A DNA stretch of 64,000 bases, from assembly GCF_009914755.1 (NCBI RefSeq), contig NC_060937.1; one strand, 5' to 3'. This document shows positions 43,976 to 56,930 of this stretch, piece after piece. A program made the position numbers and the translations under genes. The first letter of the stretch is position 1. Each line of letters opens with the position of its first letter. Below the pieces are notes generated by a model that was not told the DNA's origin, ran no database searches, and saw only the letters and a program-made list of their open reading frames with translations. Origin of the DNA: the human T2T-CHM13v2.0 reference genome, Homo sapiens.

Positions 43976-46581
43976 AAAAATGTACATCCTATGAAATCGA
44001 TATTTTTATTATCCTCATTTTAGCAATGAGGAATACAGAGAGAAAATAAGCATTATACCCAAATATATTAAGTGGTTGAGTCAGGATTCTAACTTGGACC
44101 TGCCTAATTCAAACAATTTCATGCTTTTATGTATTCTTTTAACAGAAAATGGACAGGATTGACACCTTTTTTTTCCCCTCCTTTTTTTTTTTCCTGTGTG
44201 TGGATTGACTCTTACCAATGGGATTTCCTTGTCTGGATTAGGTAACTCAATAACTGGTCCAGATTAACTGTCTTGAAAATTAACTGTATTGTAGAAATTA
44301 CCTTATTTAATCATCACAAGTGATATTTTCCCCTATTTACCTAATAATTTGTGATATGTTCCACTTTTTATCTCTGAAAGAATGAGGCATAAAAAGAAGA
44401 TAAGAAAATTTTCCTAAGTTTTCCTAAAATTTTCCTACAGTTTTTAAATGATGGAGTCAGGATTGACATCAAGACCATTTGATTCCTAAAATATATGTGT
44501 AATTTACATCCTTTTTCTCAAATTCCCAAACTGACCATGAATTAAAGGATTTTAGCAATATTTTTCAGGTGTCTTTTGCTTATTTCCTTATTACTCCACA
44601 CAGCTGGATGCCAGCATCTATGAAATATTTCCTCTCATGAAAACCTAGAAATGTTCTCAGTAAAGACCACCTCAAAGTATTCATTTTTACACACCACTTT
44701 CTCAGGCAGAATATTAACAAAGCTTGTAATGCTTTTATTCCTCTGGAGAAAAATCAACAGAACCTTTCCTCTTCCAAATGTCTCATAGTCAGAAAAGTGT
44801 AACTGGAATTTGAGAAAGAGGTTAGCACTTCATCTTCAAGTATATATGACAGCCTTCTAGATAATAAGCATATCTTTAATATGTTTTATACCCCAAATGT
44901 ATACACAGGATTGGTCAATTAACTTTAATGGATGGGTGGAAATATACAATTGTTTCAATCCCATGTTGCTACCTGAGACCAGACATTGGTTGTGTTCTCT
45001 TCTTACCACTTACAAATTTGTAAAACTTCCTCCAGCTCTAACATGAATTGATTTGTATTTATTTGCTTGTGGCTGTGAACTGTAGATTAAGATGCTTTAG
45101 AAATACTTGGAAAAATATTTTTTTTCTAAAAAGGTAGAAAAGTAATGTGTGTGTATTATGTTTTCAGTTGTTTCTTATATATTGTATCAAAAGAAACTCT
45201 GGGATTTTAAAAATGATACAAATCTAGTAATTCATCTAAATTAAATAAAATTCATCAAATAAAATATTCATTTTGCTAAAATTATAGATTTGATCTATGA
45301 CACATTAATTTTATGCTACCCCCATTTTCAGTATTTTTTTTTCATTCACTTTATTTTTCTCTGGACAAGTTTCCTTTTCCTACAGTTAATAGATTTAGAA
45401 AATGATGTGAAGCAAATAAATGTTGCCAGTGTTTACAGATGCAATCAAAATTCCAGAAAGAAACAGGACTCTTTTTAACACATGGAAAGAGTGATCAAAT
45501 ATGCCTGGGCTCAGGTGCACTTTCATTGAAGCCAGAGTTTCTTGCTAAGAGAGTGCTCCGCAGTCTCAAATTGGAAGAAAACACTCTCCCTATTAAGCAG
45601 TTACTCTTAGTCATTGGCATGAGATTGAATAAAATTCATCATAACTGCATCAAATGTCTTCGGTTTCACTGAACTGCCACACATACAACCCACACAACAG
45701 TAATTGGCTCTGGTTGGCTCAACAAGGATGCTCTTGTGATTGAATTAAGAATGAAATAAATTTCTTCTTCCTTGTTCAGGGAAGGGAAACAAGAGTGAGA
45801 CATATAGACAATCAAAATTAAGCCATTTAGAAATAATTAGTTTTCTCATCTTCTGATCTAAAGCATTTAGGCAATATTTTTAGTACTTAGTATTGAGGGT
45901 AATATTACCATCAAGGAAAAAATGGCTAACTCTTATAGTGGAAATTGCTCAAATATAGAATGGATGTTTAAATAACAAATGAAAGCATTTTTTTCCAGTA
46001 GAAATTCAATTTGGCTATCAATTAGTCTGCAAAACTGCTTCTAGTTTTTACAGAAGTCATAAATTGTTGACTTTCATCTGGGTCTAACTGAGAATAGCTA
46101 ATATTGAAAAAGGAGTAGTCAAGGATTTAAGTGAGCCTGGATTTACTTCAGTTTAAGCTTCAAATACTTCATCCTTGTAGAAAATTCAGAAATAAGATGG
46201 ATATTAAAGTCACCGCAGTTTGGAGTGGGTACAGATATCCACGCTGCATTGGGATCTATTGCAAGAAGGATTACTCACTCATATTGGCTAAGAATCAAAT
46301 TAAGGATTTAATATAAAATGATCTGCAGTTCAGAGAAAAGTTGGAGACAGAAAATAGAAATATTTTGATAAGTCTTACTATAACTATTACTTGTGGAAAC
46401 ATTAGAGTATTTGCTCAAACATAAAGATATCTGCTCAAACATAAAGGTATTTGCTACACATTTTCTCTGAGAGACTAAAAGCAATTGCTTCTTAATAAAA
46501 ATAGTGATATTTTAGAAATTTACTCTATTTCTTTTCTTTTATACTAGAAAATAGTAATTTAAATAACATTTTTGTGTTAAC

Positions 46582-47068
46582 TACATATTGGTTTCTTAAA
46601 ACTGCATAACAAAGTACCAAAAACTGGCTGGCTTATAATAATAGAAATGTACTGTATCACAGTTCTGGAGGCTAGATGTTCAAAATTAAGGTATCACTAG
46701 GGTTGGTTCCTTCTGAGGGTGGTGAAGGAGAATCTGTTGCATGCCTCTCTCCCAGCTTCTGGTGGTTTGCTGGCAATCCTGGACTTGTAGATGTATCACA
46801 ACAATCTATGCCCTCATCTTCGTATAGCATTCTCCCTGTGTCTCTGTCTTTTACATCATCTTCCCTCTATGCATGTCTGTCTCTATGTCCAAACCTCCTC
46901 TTTTTATAATGACAACAGTTGTATGGGATTAGGACTCATCCTAATGACCTCATTTTAAATTATTTCTGTAATGAGACTCTTTCCGAATAAAGTCACATTC
47001 TGAAGTACTAGGGGTTAGAACTTCAGTGTTACCTTTTTCTTAAAGGGGACACAATTCAACTCATAGCA
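46582..47068 (-). mobile_element. MLT1B/C-like MaLR solo LTR
   Basis: 'ataacaaagtacca...cacagttctggaggctaga...ttccttctgaggg...cccagcttctggtggtttgctggcaatcct...gggacacaattcaactcatagca'. Confidence 0.88.
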
Positions 47069-49099
47069 ATGTATTACTAAGAAATTCATGTTTTAAGGGA
47101 AAGTGATTCCTAATGTTTTACATAGCCAGAAAAATTGGTTTGCAAATCTTATGCACTGAAACAGTGCAAGTTCTTTACCTAGTGGGAGCTTTCTGAAACT
47201 ATAAGCCCATGACACCTGAAACCTGCAGAAGTATAGTCATTTGAGATGCTGTGCACTTTGTTGACAGTGAAAATATATCATTTCCTGAAAAGTGTCTTTT
47301 CATAAAGAGAGAGAAGCTGTAGAAACTCCATCACTACAGAAGACAAAGTAGGTTGTTCCTTCTCTTACTTGTCTAAATTCAAAGACAGCAGGAAAGGGAC
47401 TCCTTGCTCCCCAGTGCTGCTCCATGCATTGCATTATTTTAGGCCTGCTCTCAACTACCTAACAAAAGACTTACTTGTTTGAAGTTCATACCTAAACTAT
47501 CCTTTCTTTATTTTGCTATCCTCCGTGGCCAGCGTTCATGTACCTCATTTATAACTACTGTTAGCTCATAGTATTTTTTCCCACTCCCTTCCTGTTCTTG
47601 GTACTAGAACTACATTTGCTGGAACTATCTGACCTGTGAACAATTTACTGTTCTTTCTATTCACCCTGCCCTACTTACACACACATTGGACCACATATAT
47701 ATACCTGTAGAGATATAATTGCTCATTCCTGTATGTGGTCAGTATTCAACAAGTGTTAATTTCTTGCTCTAGATGATACTGGAATGGTAGTTTGGAGATA
47801 TCCTTAGAAGTTCTTGTGTACTGACTCATGCTGTTTAATTCTGTCAGTGCTGTGAAACCAAAAAAGGCTTCCAATCAAGTTACTAATTGAAACTTAACAA
47901 ATGTTAAACTGGAAGCAAGACATTGGAAGGATGAGAAGGAGACAAAAGCTAAAAGAAGTAGACAAATTATGAAGGTATTGAAACGTCTAAAAGATAAATA
48001 AGCACACTAAGGCTAAGGCAAGAGTGATGTCAGGAAAAATGCAAGGAACAAAATGGATTGTGAAATCCTTCAAGGTAAAAAAAAAACAACTCAAAATATA
48101 AGACCTGGAAGTTAACTGGATATGTAAAGAAAAGCATGAGGAGGAATCAACCTTGGCTTCAAATTATATGCTAGAGCAATAACATGCACACACACATCAA
48201 GAAAAGGGTCTGGCTTGGGTCACAGAAGTGACAATAAGTTCTGCTTTGGACTTCTGAAGTTTTAGGGACCTGTAGGTCAATGTTCAATTGTAGACATATA
48301 TTTGGGAGTCAGTCATGCAGAGGTGAAGCCCTGGAAATGAAAAGGCACATGATTAAAATACTACAAGCAGAAAAAGAATTTCAAGCACAGAAACTTGAAG
48401 AATACATACATGTTTAGGATGGCAAGAAAAAACAAAATAACTGAAGAGTTTTTTAAAATGTTGTTAGGAGAATGAAGCCAAATATAAAAAAAATCTACTG
48501 TGGAGGGATTCATGGCAAGGTGGCCAAGTATTTTTAAATGGACCAGGGACTGTTTCATTTTCATATTTACAGCACCTGGCAGAGCTTGAAAATAAGTATT
48601 CAATACATGCCTATTGAATCAAATATTTGGGGAAAGGAACTTAATAAAACTCTTAGTATCTAAACATTGCAAGTAGCATGTAATCTGTATTATTCTGTCA
48701 TCTAGTATTAGATTTAAAAATGATAATATTGCTGTCCTCTACTTCTTCCTTGGAAGCCACAATAATAGAGAGATCATTACATAGCTGGTAACCTCCAGTC
48801 CTTATGACTTTGGTGCAATGTAGGGACTACATTGCAGGATTCCACTGGGTGTGTCTGATACCAGCACCTGGCTTCTTTTTTTATGCCATGTTATTAACCC
48901 TGGAGCCAGAGAAAACCAACCTGTTCCTGTAACCATCTGAATAGTTGGACACCTTAGTCGTTTATTGTTCAAGCAAATCTTTTCTAGTAATTTAAAATAT
49001 TCTATGAAAATTATGGTATAAGTAATTGGCACTATTATTGTTACCCTCATACATAAGCAACTTTTTGGAAAAACTGGGTAAAGATTGTGAAAGTAATTT

Positions 49100-49290
49100 G
49101 ATTTAATAATAATAGAAGATAACACTTATATCAGTTTTGCTGTATGTCTAGCACCATCCTAAATTCTTTGCATATATTATCATTTCTAATAAAAATCTAA
49201 TGAGATAAATATTGTCTTTTCCATATTGATGAAACTGATAGAGAGGTTAAGTAATTTGCTCAAAGTTACTCAGCTAGTTAGTGTTAAATA
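49100..49290 (-). mobile_element. MIR relic
   Basis: 'gatgaaactgatagagaggttaagtaatttgctcaaagttactcagctagt'. Confidence 0.7.
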
Positions 49291-49556
49291 ATCATTTTGT
49301 GATGCAAATTAGTTTGAAGGACATTTAGGCAAATCCATGTAAACATGATTAGTAAAAACAACAAAACTAGAAAACCTTTAGTAAAAATTAATGTACTCTA
49401 AGTCTTTTCATATGTAAGTAATTATAAATTTCAAATGAATACATGAAAGTTTCGGTCTATCTTTGGAGATCAACAGATCCATTGAGTCATCAATGCATTC
49501 AAGATCTAGTATAGCATTTGATCTCACAGGGACCTCAGTAGATACGGAAAGATAAG

Positions 49557-50212
49557 GTAGTATATCAGAGTTCAACCTGATAAGCAGAACCATTAGGATG
49601 TCTACTTATCCCATCTCTATTGCTGTCTCTAGCATCTCTATCTTATGTGTGTATATCTATATTTACATCTCTATCCATCCATCCATCTATCTACACCTAT
49701 TACAAAGAACTGACTATGCAATTATGATAGCTAAGTAAAGCAAGTCGAAACTCTGCATAGCAAGTGGTCGAGAAGAGAGGTCATGAGCAGGCTGGAACCC
49801 AGGGGCACAAGCTGACATTTGTTGTCCAGAGGCAAGAGTCTCAACCTGGGCAAGGCCTAAGTTGTCTTTGAAAGACCTTCCAAGTGAGTAAGTCTGGCTC
49901 ACCTAGATTATCCAGGACAATTTATCTTTTGATAAAATGAAAGTTGACAATTTATCTTTTGATAAAATGAAAGTCAACTGATTAGACATTTTCATCTCAT
50001 CTTCAAAATCTGATCACAGCAGCACCTAGATTAGTGTTTGAGTAACCAGGAGACAGGATGTGCATGTTACAAAATGGCTTCTATTCCCTTTTTTCCTCCA
50101 ACTCAGGAATGAATGTCTCTTGCAGCTCATCTTAACTGAAAACGATCTAGAAAGGGAATTTTGGGAATTGCTGTTTAACTTAGCTAAGAGGACACATCAA
50201 AAGCCATCATAG
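49557..50212 (-). mobile_element. MLT2E/F-like ERVL LTR
   Basis: 'gagttcaacc..aagcagaacca', 'cacctagattatccaggacaat', 'cacagcagcacctagattagtgtttga' and 'tagctaag..gacacatcaaa'. Confidence 0.75.
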
Positions 50213-52619
50213 ACAGGTGAGGTTGTCAGCATTATGGTCCACATTTTTCACATTTTGTTGCCTGGTGAAATTATTTAAAGAATAATCTATACTAAATATG
50301 GCTGATCAAACAAAAACATAATTAAGAGTGACAAGATAAGGGTATAAAGGAGATTATAATTATTATAACAACATTTGACATATTGTTCAGTATAAATAAA
50401 ATAATTAGATATGTTAGACATATGTAATGACAAATACTTAAGATATTTTCTGCTATAATGAAAACAGTTCATATCTTAAACCTCAGTCCTTTTAAATAGA
50501 AGATATTGAGCTATCTCTTTCTGCTGTATATATCAAATTCATATTAACTGAAAAGAAAACTTCAATTAATTAGCATGCTCTTTGAAACATTAAAACTTGA
50601 TTAATAAAATTTGGGTTGACAGATTACAAATGTGTTTTTGGAAGGAGAAAATAAGATACAGATTAAGATAATTTTAATAAATACTATTTATTGCCGGTCC
50701 AACTACGCACCAGGAACTTATATTCATTATCATCAAGCTTTATATAAACTGAAAGGTCTCTCAGCTGAGAAGTGGCTTATCTTGGATTTAACTCAGTTCT
50801 GACCCATTCTGTACTGTATGTGCTTTAACTAGGCTATAATGCCTCTAAAAGTCATTTTTAGAAATCCATGTCACTTACCTATTGGTTATGTGTTTTGTTT
50901 TGTTTGTTTCCCTTTCACTTCTCTTAATACTTTCAAGGTGAACTTAGTACTGTCTTATAGGATAGTTGGTAGTTTATGTCTTTTTCCTGACTGTGGAACA
51001 TAAAGATTTCCTTTTCCAGGTCTAGGCCTCTTGTTCGTTGGTGAATGAACAGGCAGAGGGCAGTTTGAGGGCAAAGCCTTCCTTCCAAGCACCTCTGGAT
51101 CCACTGTGTGTCCACCCCTAAGTCATCCACACTCTTTTCTCGGGGACTTGATTTTGATACCAAGTAATTTGCTCATTTGCTCTCTTAAACTGTTTAAGAG
51201 ATAGCTTGACATTCTTAATTGGTTAATTTATAAAATTACTAACTCCCAAGTTGAGTTATAACAATATTCTCACCCACGAATGTTACTCCAAGAAAATTTA
51301 AAAACCTGACTACCCTCCTCTTAAAAAATAGCTCTATAAAATTATATATTACATTTAATTCAGTTTCACCAATGTCTATATTGAGAAAACGCAGTCTTCC
51401 AGACTAGCTGACATTTCTTTTTTTTTTTTTTAATTTAAAAGAAACTGAAAGGAATTTAATCAGCACCAATAAGTAGGCTTTGGAAAGGAAAGTAAATAGG
51501 CATATGATTTGATTTGGAGTATACGAGAAGACAAAAAAATAATAAAACCCTAAAGTTAGAGTTGAAAATTTGTAGCAAATAACTAGATATCAGAAAATTT
51601 ATCATAGTATGAGAAGTGACGTACAGTGGTGGGGGCCAAGAGGAGAAGAAACCCAAGAGGATATCCTGCCAGCATCTGGAGGCACAAGAGGTTTATCACA
51701 CATATTTGAAAGCCCACATGCTCCCATCTTTGACTTAACTACACTCTAAGCAATCAGCAGCCAGGTTTTATCTTATTATTTATGATTTATGGGTCTTCTT
51801 ATATCCTTGAAATAATAAAGATTTCCAAGACCCAGGTTCTTTTCCCTGCCTTGTCACCCACTCCACTGTGTCCTTTGTCAGTCAATTCCCTTTGTCATTC
51901 CTTCATTTTCTCATTTACAAGTGTGGAGACATGGTTGTCATATCCTCTTTCAGCATGATGATGAATGGGGTAATATGTTTAAAGTCTATTTGGCTCCTTG
52001 GAAACAAGGTACTACATATGCACAGCATTTTATCTTTATTTCCAGTTTGAGAGGAAAGGAGGTGAAATGAACACAGCTAGGGCTTGGGTTGGAGTAGGAG
52101 TCAGGGGTTGAAACTATCATTTGAAACTCTTACTTTGGTACAGAGTTTCTTTTCAAAGACCATGACAATGAGAACCTGAACATTTTTCTTCCGTAATTGA
52201 TTCTCTGTATGTGGTGATTTTCCCTGAAGCTCATTGTCATCTTGTAGTTTCTTTGTAGCATGTTAAGTTTGTGCTTTTCTTAGCAACTTACAGAAACTTT
52301 CTTACAGAAAATGGAAAACTCTTATAAGTAATAAGTGGCAAGATAAGGTATGCAAGATAGCTTTTATGAAAAACAATGGGAAAAAAGTAGCTCCCATCAA
52401 TCTGTTCTTTCAAGGAATAACATTCAGATGTTAATGTCTGGACTTTTGAAATTGTAGATGTACCTAACAACACCAAAACAATTCCATTTCTGAGAATAGA
52501 GCCTAGGGGATGTTTCTACATGGATTACTGGTGTCAGCAAAGATAGATAATTTACAAGGAGGCCCCTCAAGACTGTCATCTTCAGCCTCAAGTGCAGGGG
52601 TACCTTTAGCAAACTTTAG

Positions 52620-52800
52620 AGCTAATGTTTTATTGAATGCTTACTATGTTCTCCATATTTACATGTATTATTTAATATTCACAACAATTCCTTTATTTCC
52701 TTCATTTCCAACAATAGGTTAAATAACTTGCCTGATTTTTTACAACTATGAAGTAGAAGAGCCTGGATTGAAAGTCATCTGGCATAAATCCATGCCTATC
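52620..52800 (-). mobile_element. MIR relic
   Basis: 'ttattgaatgcttactatgt...aggttaaataacttgcc...gagcctggattgaa'. Confidence 0.6.
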
Positions 52801-53289
52801 ATTGTTACGTTTTACCGTTTCTGAGTAGGAAATTCAAAAGCTGATCCTATATTCAGTGAGCATAATTTTTTCATATGGATATGTTACTCATTCCTCCACT
52901 AGGCTCCAAATTATTTTGAGGGCATTGAATGTGGCTTATTCATCTTTGTGGGAAACTCGATCTCAAGCCCAATGTCTGTACATAGGAAGGATGTCTTAAA
53001 TAAACATCTGCAAAGGGGATATTGCTATCCCCTTGATGTAGGTGAGAATACTGAGGCTTTAAGATGTTAAGCAATGTGCTCACAGTTCTGTTACAGCAAA
53101 GCCTCCTTCTGATTTCAGTCCCTGGCTCTTCCCAGGATACTGCAGCCTCCTCTACCCTTTTTCCCTTTCTATTGCAGGTTTCTAATTTTAGTTTTTGACC
53201 ATACCTTAAGCTATTTGCAGGGAAATTGAGGAAGGTGCTATATTCTTTGAATCAACAGACGTTTCTGGGCTTCTACAGAGCACTAAGTA

Positions 53290-53510
53290 GGGATTTATTG
53301 AGTTACTACAAGGTACCAGGCATATTGCTAGATGAATTACCAACCTCGTATAATCTATTCTTATTATTCCATGATGTGGTGACTATGGTCCAATTTTATG
53401 GATGAAAAAACTAAGTCTGAGAGAGGTTAAATTACTTGTCTAAGGTCAGGCAACCATTTAAACCCAGGTCAGTCTGATCCTGAGACCCAAATTCATTCAA
53501 CTACACCAAA
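53290..53510 (-). mobile_element. MIR relic
   Basis: 'ttttatggatgaaaaaactaagtctgagagaggttaaattacttgtctaaggtca'. Confidence 0.75.
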
Positions 53511-55204
53511 AAAGGTGACACAGTATAGTGCCTCGCAAGGCTTTATTTTAATCTAATTTTCTAATGAATGACTAAAACTATTTTTATTTTCCTTAAGAGA
53601 GAGAATGAGATTTTGTTGGATCCTTTTGTTGTTGTGAACGCTATTGTCAAAACAACACCTTCATTGAGATATTTAATGTTATCACTACTTGTTAAAGAAC
53701 TGAAGTGGAAAAGTCATTTTGAGCTTGTAATAGTAACAATGGTTATTCAGAGAGGGCCAGAATTCTTGGTCTGCATTCTTTTGCCTTCTGCCAGGATGCT
53801 ATGACCATTCACTCAGAGGACATGTCAGGTCTATCATTAAGTCCCATCTTCTCACCAGCATCAGATAATAACTGGTTTTCATGTTTCCACCCACTGGCCT
53901 TCCTATTGCAAATCACTGACATTCTTCCTTTCAACAAGAGCCAGTAACTCCAGTCCCTTTCTGCCCTCTGCTTCATCTTTCTTTTCATTTTATATAGAGA
54001 GACTTAACCACGGTTAAAGAGAAACCTCCTGTCAGGATGTGAGCAGATGCCAACTCTGCTGCTGCTGCTGGCCAAAGGCTTAGGCCAGTGACAGTTGGGC
54101 TAAAATGAGATTCCAGGCACACCTGGAAGAGAAGCATGTTAGGGCACAGGGTTGATGATGACAAATTAAAATTACTGCTGAAGCAGAATGGAATAGCAGC
54201 TGGTTCATGGAAGATGTCATTAATGTTCTAAAAAGAATCTGAAAGTATACTTCAAAAATGTAATCTATTAAATAAAACTTACACACTGAGAATTTATTTT
54301 TAAGGTTGTCTTGCTGCAGACGCAAGAGTTGAGATGTCATGTTATCTGCCAGGTTGTGATAAACTTTAAAAATTTTGAACATATGCTTCCTTGATTTTGG
54401 ATGTGGACCATAGTATATTACATCTATGTGGATTTAGGGTGTCAAACTTTATAAGTCAGAAAATAACCATTCTCACCTCTCAAAATGAATGCTAAAAGCT
54501 TCTTGTGCCAGACTCCAGGATCCCTGCATATTCACCAGTATTGGGGTAGGGGTGGGGTGGAGATGAGGACCTGCGTCCCCTTATGACACAGCACTCAGAG
54601 CGTGACTGCTGAGCCTGTAAAAAGCCGTAACTGCCCCCAGAGACTGGCCAGGGACAGCCTCCCAGGTTGCTGGGTCTCCTGGCTGGGGAGCTGGATTTGG
54701 GGCTACCCTACAGAAAGTCTAGTAGGACTTTACCACTTGCTTAAGCTGGAGGGCTCTGGGGTGAGAAGAAGAAAAGCAATCCATCTCAGTTCTCCAGTGC
54801 TATATTTGGTCACACACCATGCCAAAACTGAACTGGAGTCTCTTATATGGAGTTCTTTTAAATCCTTCTATCTAGAATGAAGAAGTGTCTGTTGAAACCA
54901 AGCCATGTTTTCTTGCCAATTCAATATAGCTAAAGCCAAATCATCTCCTCTTGCCCCCAACTTATATATTATGGGAAGTTTTCTCTGTCTTAGCTGTTTA
55001 TCTGTAGAGATAATTCTATTTCCTTGTGCTTCACTCAGTCAAAAAATTTCATGCTAAGCCAGCCAGGTTTACACATATTCACAGCTATTCTAATGCCTCA
55101 GCACTAGCAGCCCTTCTCCAGAGAACCAGCTGGCCTTACTCCATGACTGACTCCAGACATGTGTTGGTGTCCAATTGCCTCCTCAACCCAGACATTTGTT
55201 GTGA

Positions 55205-55415
55205 TGTTAAGAAAGCAGCCTCTAGAATTAACTGGCTGGTTTCAAATGCCACCCTGCCATTTACTAGTTGTGTGACTTTAGTAAAGTTCCTTAAATTACC
55301 CTGCCATTTACTAGTTGTGTGACTTTAGTAAAGTTACTTAAATTTTCTGAGCCCAGTCTCTCCAGTTTGAAAACAAAGATAATAATTTTCATCCCATAGG
55401 TCTTGGTGGTGGAGT
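55205..55415 (+). mobile_element. MIR relic carrying a 47-bp tandem duplication
   Basis: 'ggtttcaaat...ctgccatttactagttgtgtgacttt...ctgagcccagtctctcc'. Confidence 0.8.
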
Positions 55416-55635
55416 GCGTTAGTCACTGTTGGGTACCATTGGTAGTACTCTGAATAGCAAACTGAACCCTGGCAGCCTGGGCTCCACCCTGCCAGGCATG
55501 TGTTATCTAAATAGCTGTTAAATTTTGCCTTCAACAGCTTTACTACACTGAGCTGGGCAGATAAGAGAAAATGAGGCCAGCATACATACTAACCAGGAGG
55601 ACTTGTCAGGGGCTTATAAAAAAACCCTAGCTATA

Positions 55636-56049
55636 TGTATTAATCCATTTTTGTGTCATTATGCATGAAACTGTGTAATTTAGAAAGAAAATAGGTTTAA
55701 TTGGCTCATGTTTCTGTAGGTTGTAAAGGAAGCATGGTGCCAGCATCTACTTAGCTTCTGGTAAGGGTCTCAGGAAGCTCCCAATCATGGTGGAAGGCAA
55801 AGGGAGAGCAGGCATGTCACATGACGAGAGTGACAGCAAGAGAGAGAAGGGGTAGGTGAAACACTCTTTTAACAACTAGATCTTGTGTAAAGTCACTGAG
55901 CGGGAACTCACTGATTATTGAGAGGGTGGCGCTAAGCCATTCATGAGGGATCCTCTTGGCCCAAACACTTCCCACCAGGTCCCACCTCCAACACTGGGGA
56001 TTACATTTCAACATGAGATTTGGAAGGGACAAACATTCAAACTGTATCA
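55636..56049 (-). mobile_element. MSTB-like MaLR solo LTR
   Basis: 'tgtattaatccattt...aggaagcatggtgccagcatct...aaactgtatca', with 5-bp TSD ctata/ctatg. Confidence 0.92.
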
Positions 56050-56769
56050 CTATGTCTAGTCAATCAATCCAACATCCCATTCCTGGAAACATTTGGGAGA
56101 AATTGCAGCTGCAAGGAGGATGTTGTACAAATGGGGATGAAGCTGAATAAATACTGTATTGTGACTATTACTAATGCTAGCTATTCTGCTTTATACACCA
56201 GGCACCCAGGGCTGTTGAAGCCTTGGAAGCCCCTGTTCCATATTTGCGCCACTCAGCCTGTCCTCAGTCATTCAATGTACAGCCATTTATTTCCATAGAG
56301 CTCCTTTAAGATGGAAAGATGAAACTGTTAAGTTGAACCATATGATTTCCAAGAATCAGCAGTACATAATAGGCTTTTCCATTTAGTATTACTGCTTCCC
56401 TCTAACATTTTCATGTTCACAACTGTGATTGGTTCATATTGAAATTTAAGGAGAATGAAGAATCAGCAAATTCAAATAGACAAATAAATCCAGATCATCT
56501 AAATTCAAATTGTATTTTGGGTCATCTGTGAAATGTCTTTGACTTGTTTTTGTTTCTACGGCTGTAAAATGGATAATCTACAATCAACTCTGTAATTTTA
56601 AGGAATATAAACAAAGGACTATAAAGTGCTTTTAAAATTAAATTCCCGCTTTAATTTCCAGGTTTCAGCACAATGTTGACACAAATAAGGCATTTAAGTG
56701 GTTTGCTTCATGGGTAAAATAATATCATGTGTGGTATGTAGTTTTTGGCTTACTCAGGGATTTCTAAGT

Positions 56770-56930
56770 GGAGCAGAAAGAACCATTAGTTGGGCGTCAG
56801 GAAACCTGGATTCTAGTCCCAGAATGACCTTGTGCTAATTTGAGACTTTCCTTTTTGGAGCTTTACTTTTCTTATTTTCCAACTGAAGGAGTTGATGCTC
56901 TCTAGTTCCCCTTCTATTGCTAACACTTTA
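56770..56930 (+). mobile_element. MIR3-like relic
   Basis: 'gtcaggaaacctggattctagtccca' and 'gatgctctctagttccccttcta'. Confidence 0.55.

Noticed and set aside
54628-54650. CTCF-like motif 'ctgcccccagagactgg'
   Set aside because: Only a half-match to the CTCF core, so it cannot be supported from sequence alone.
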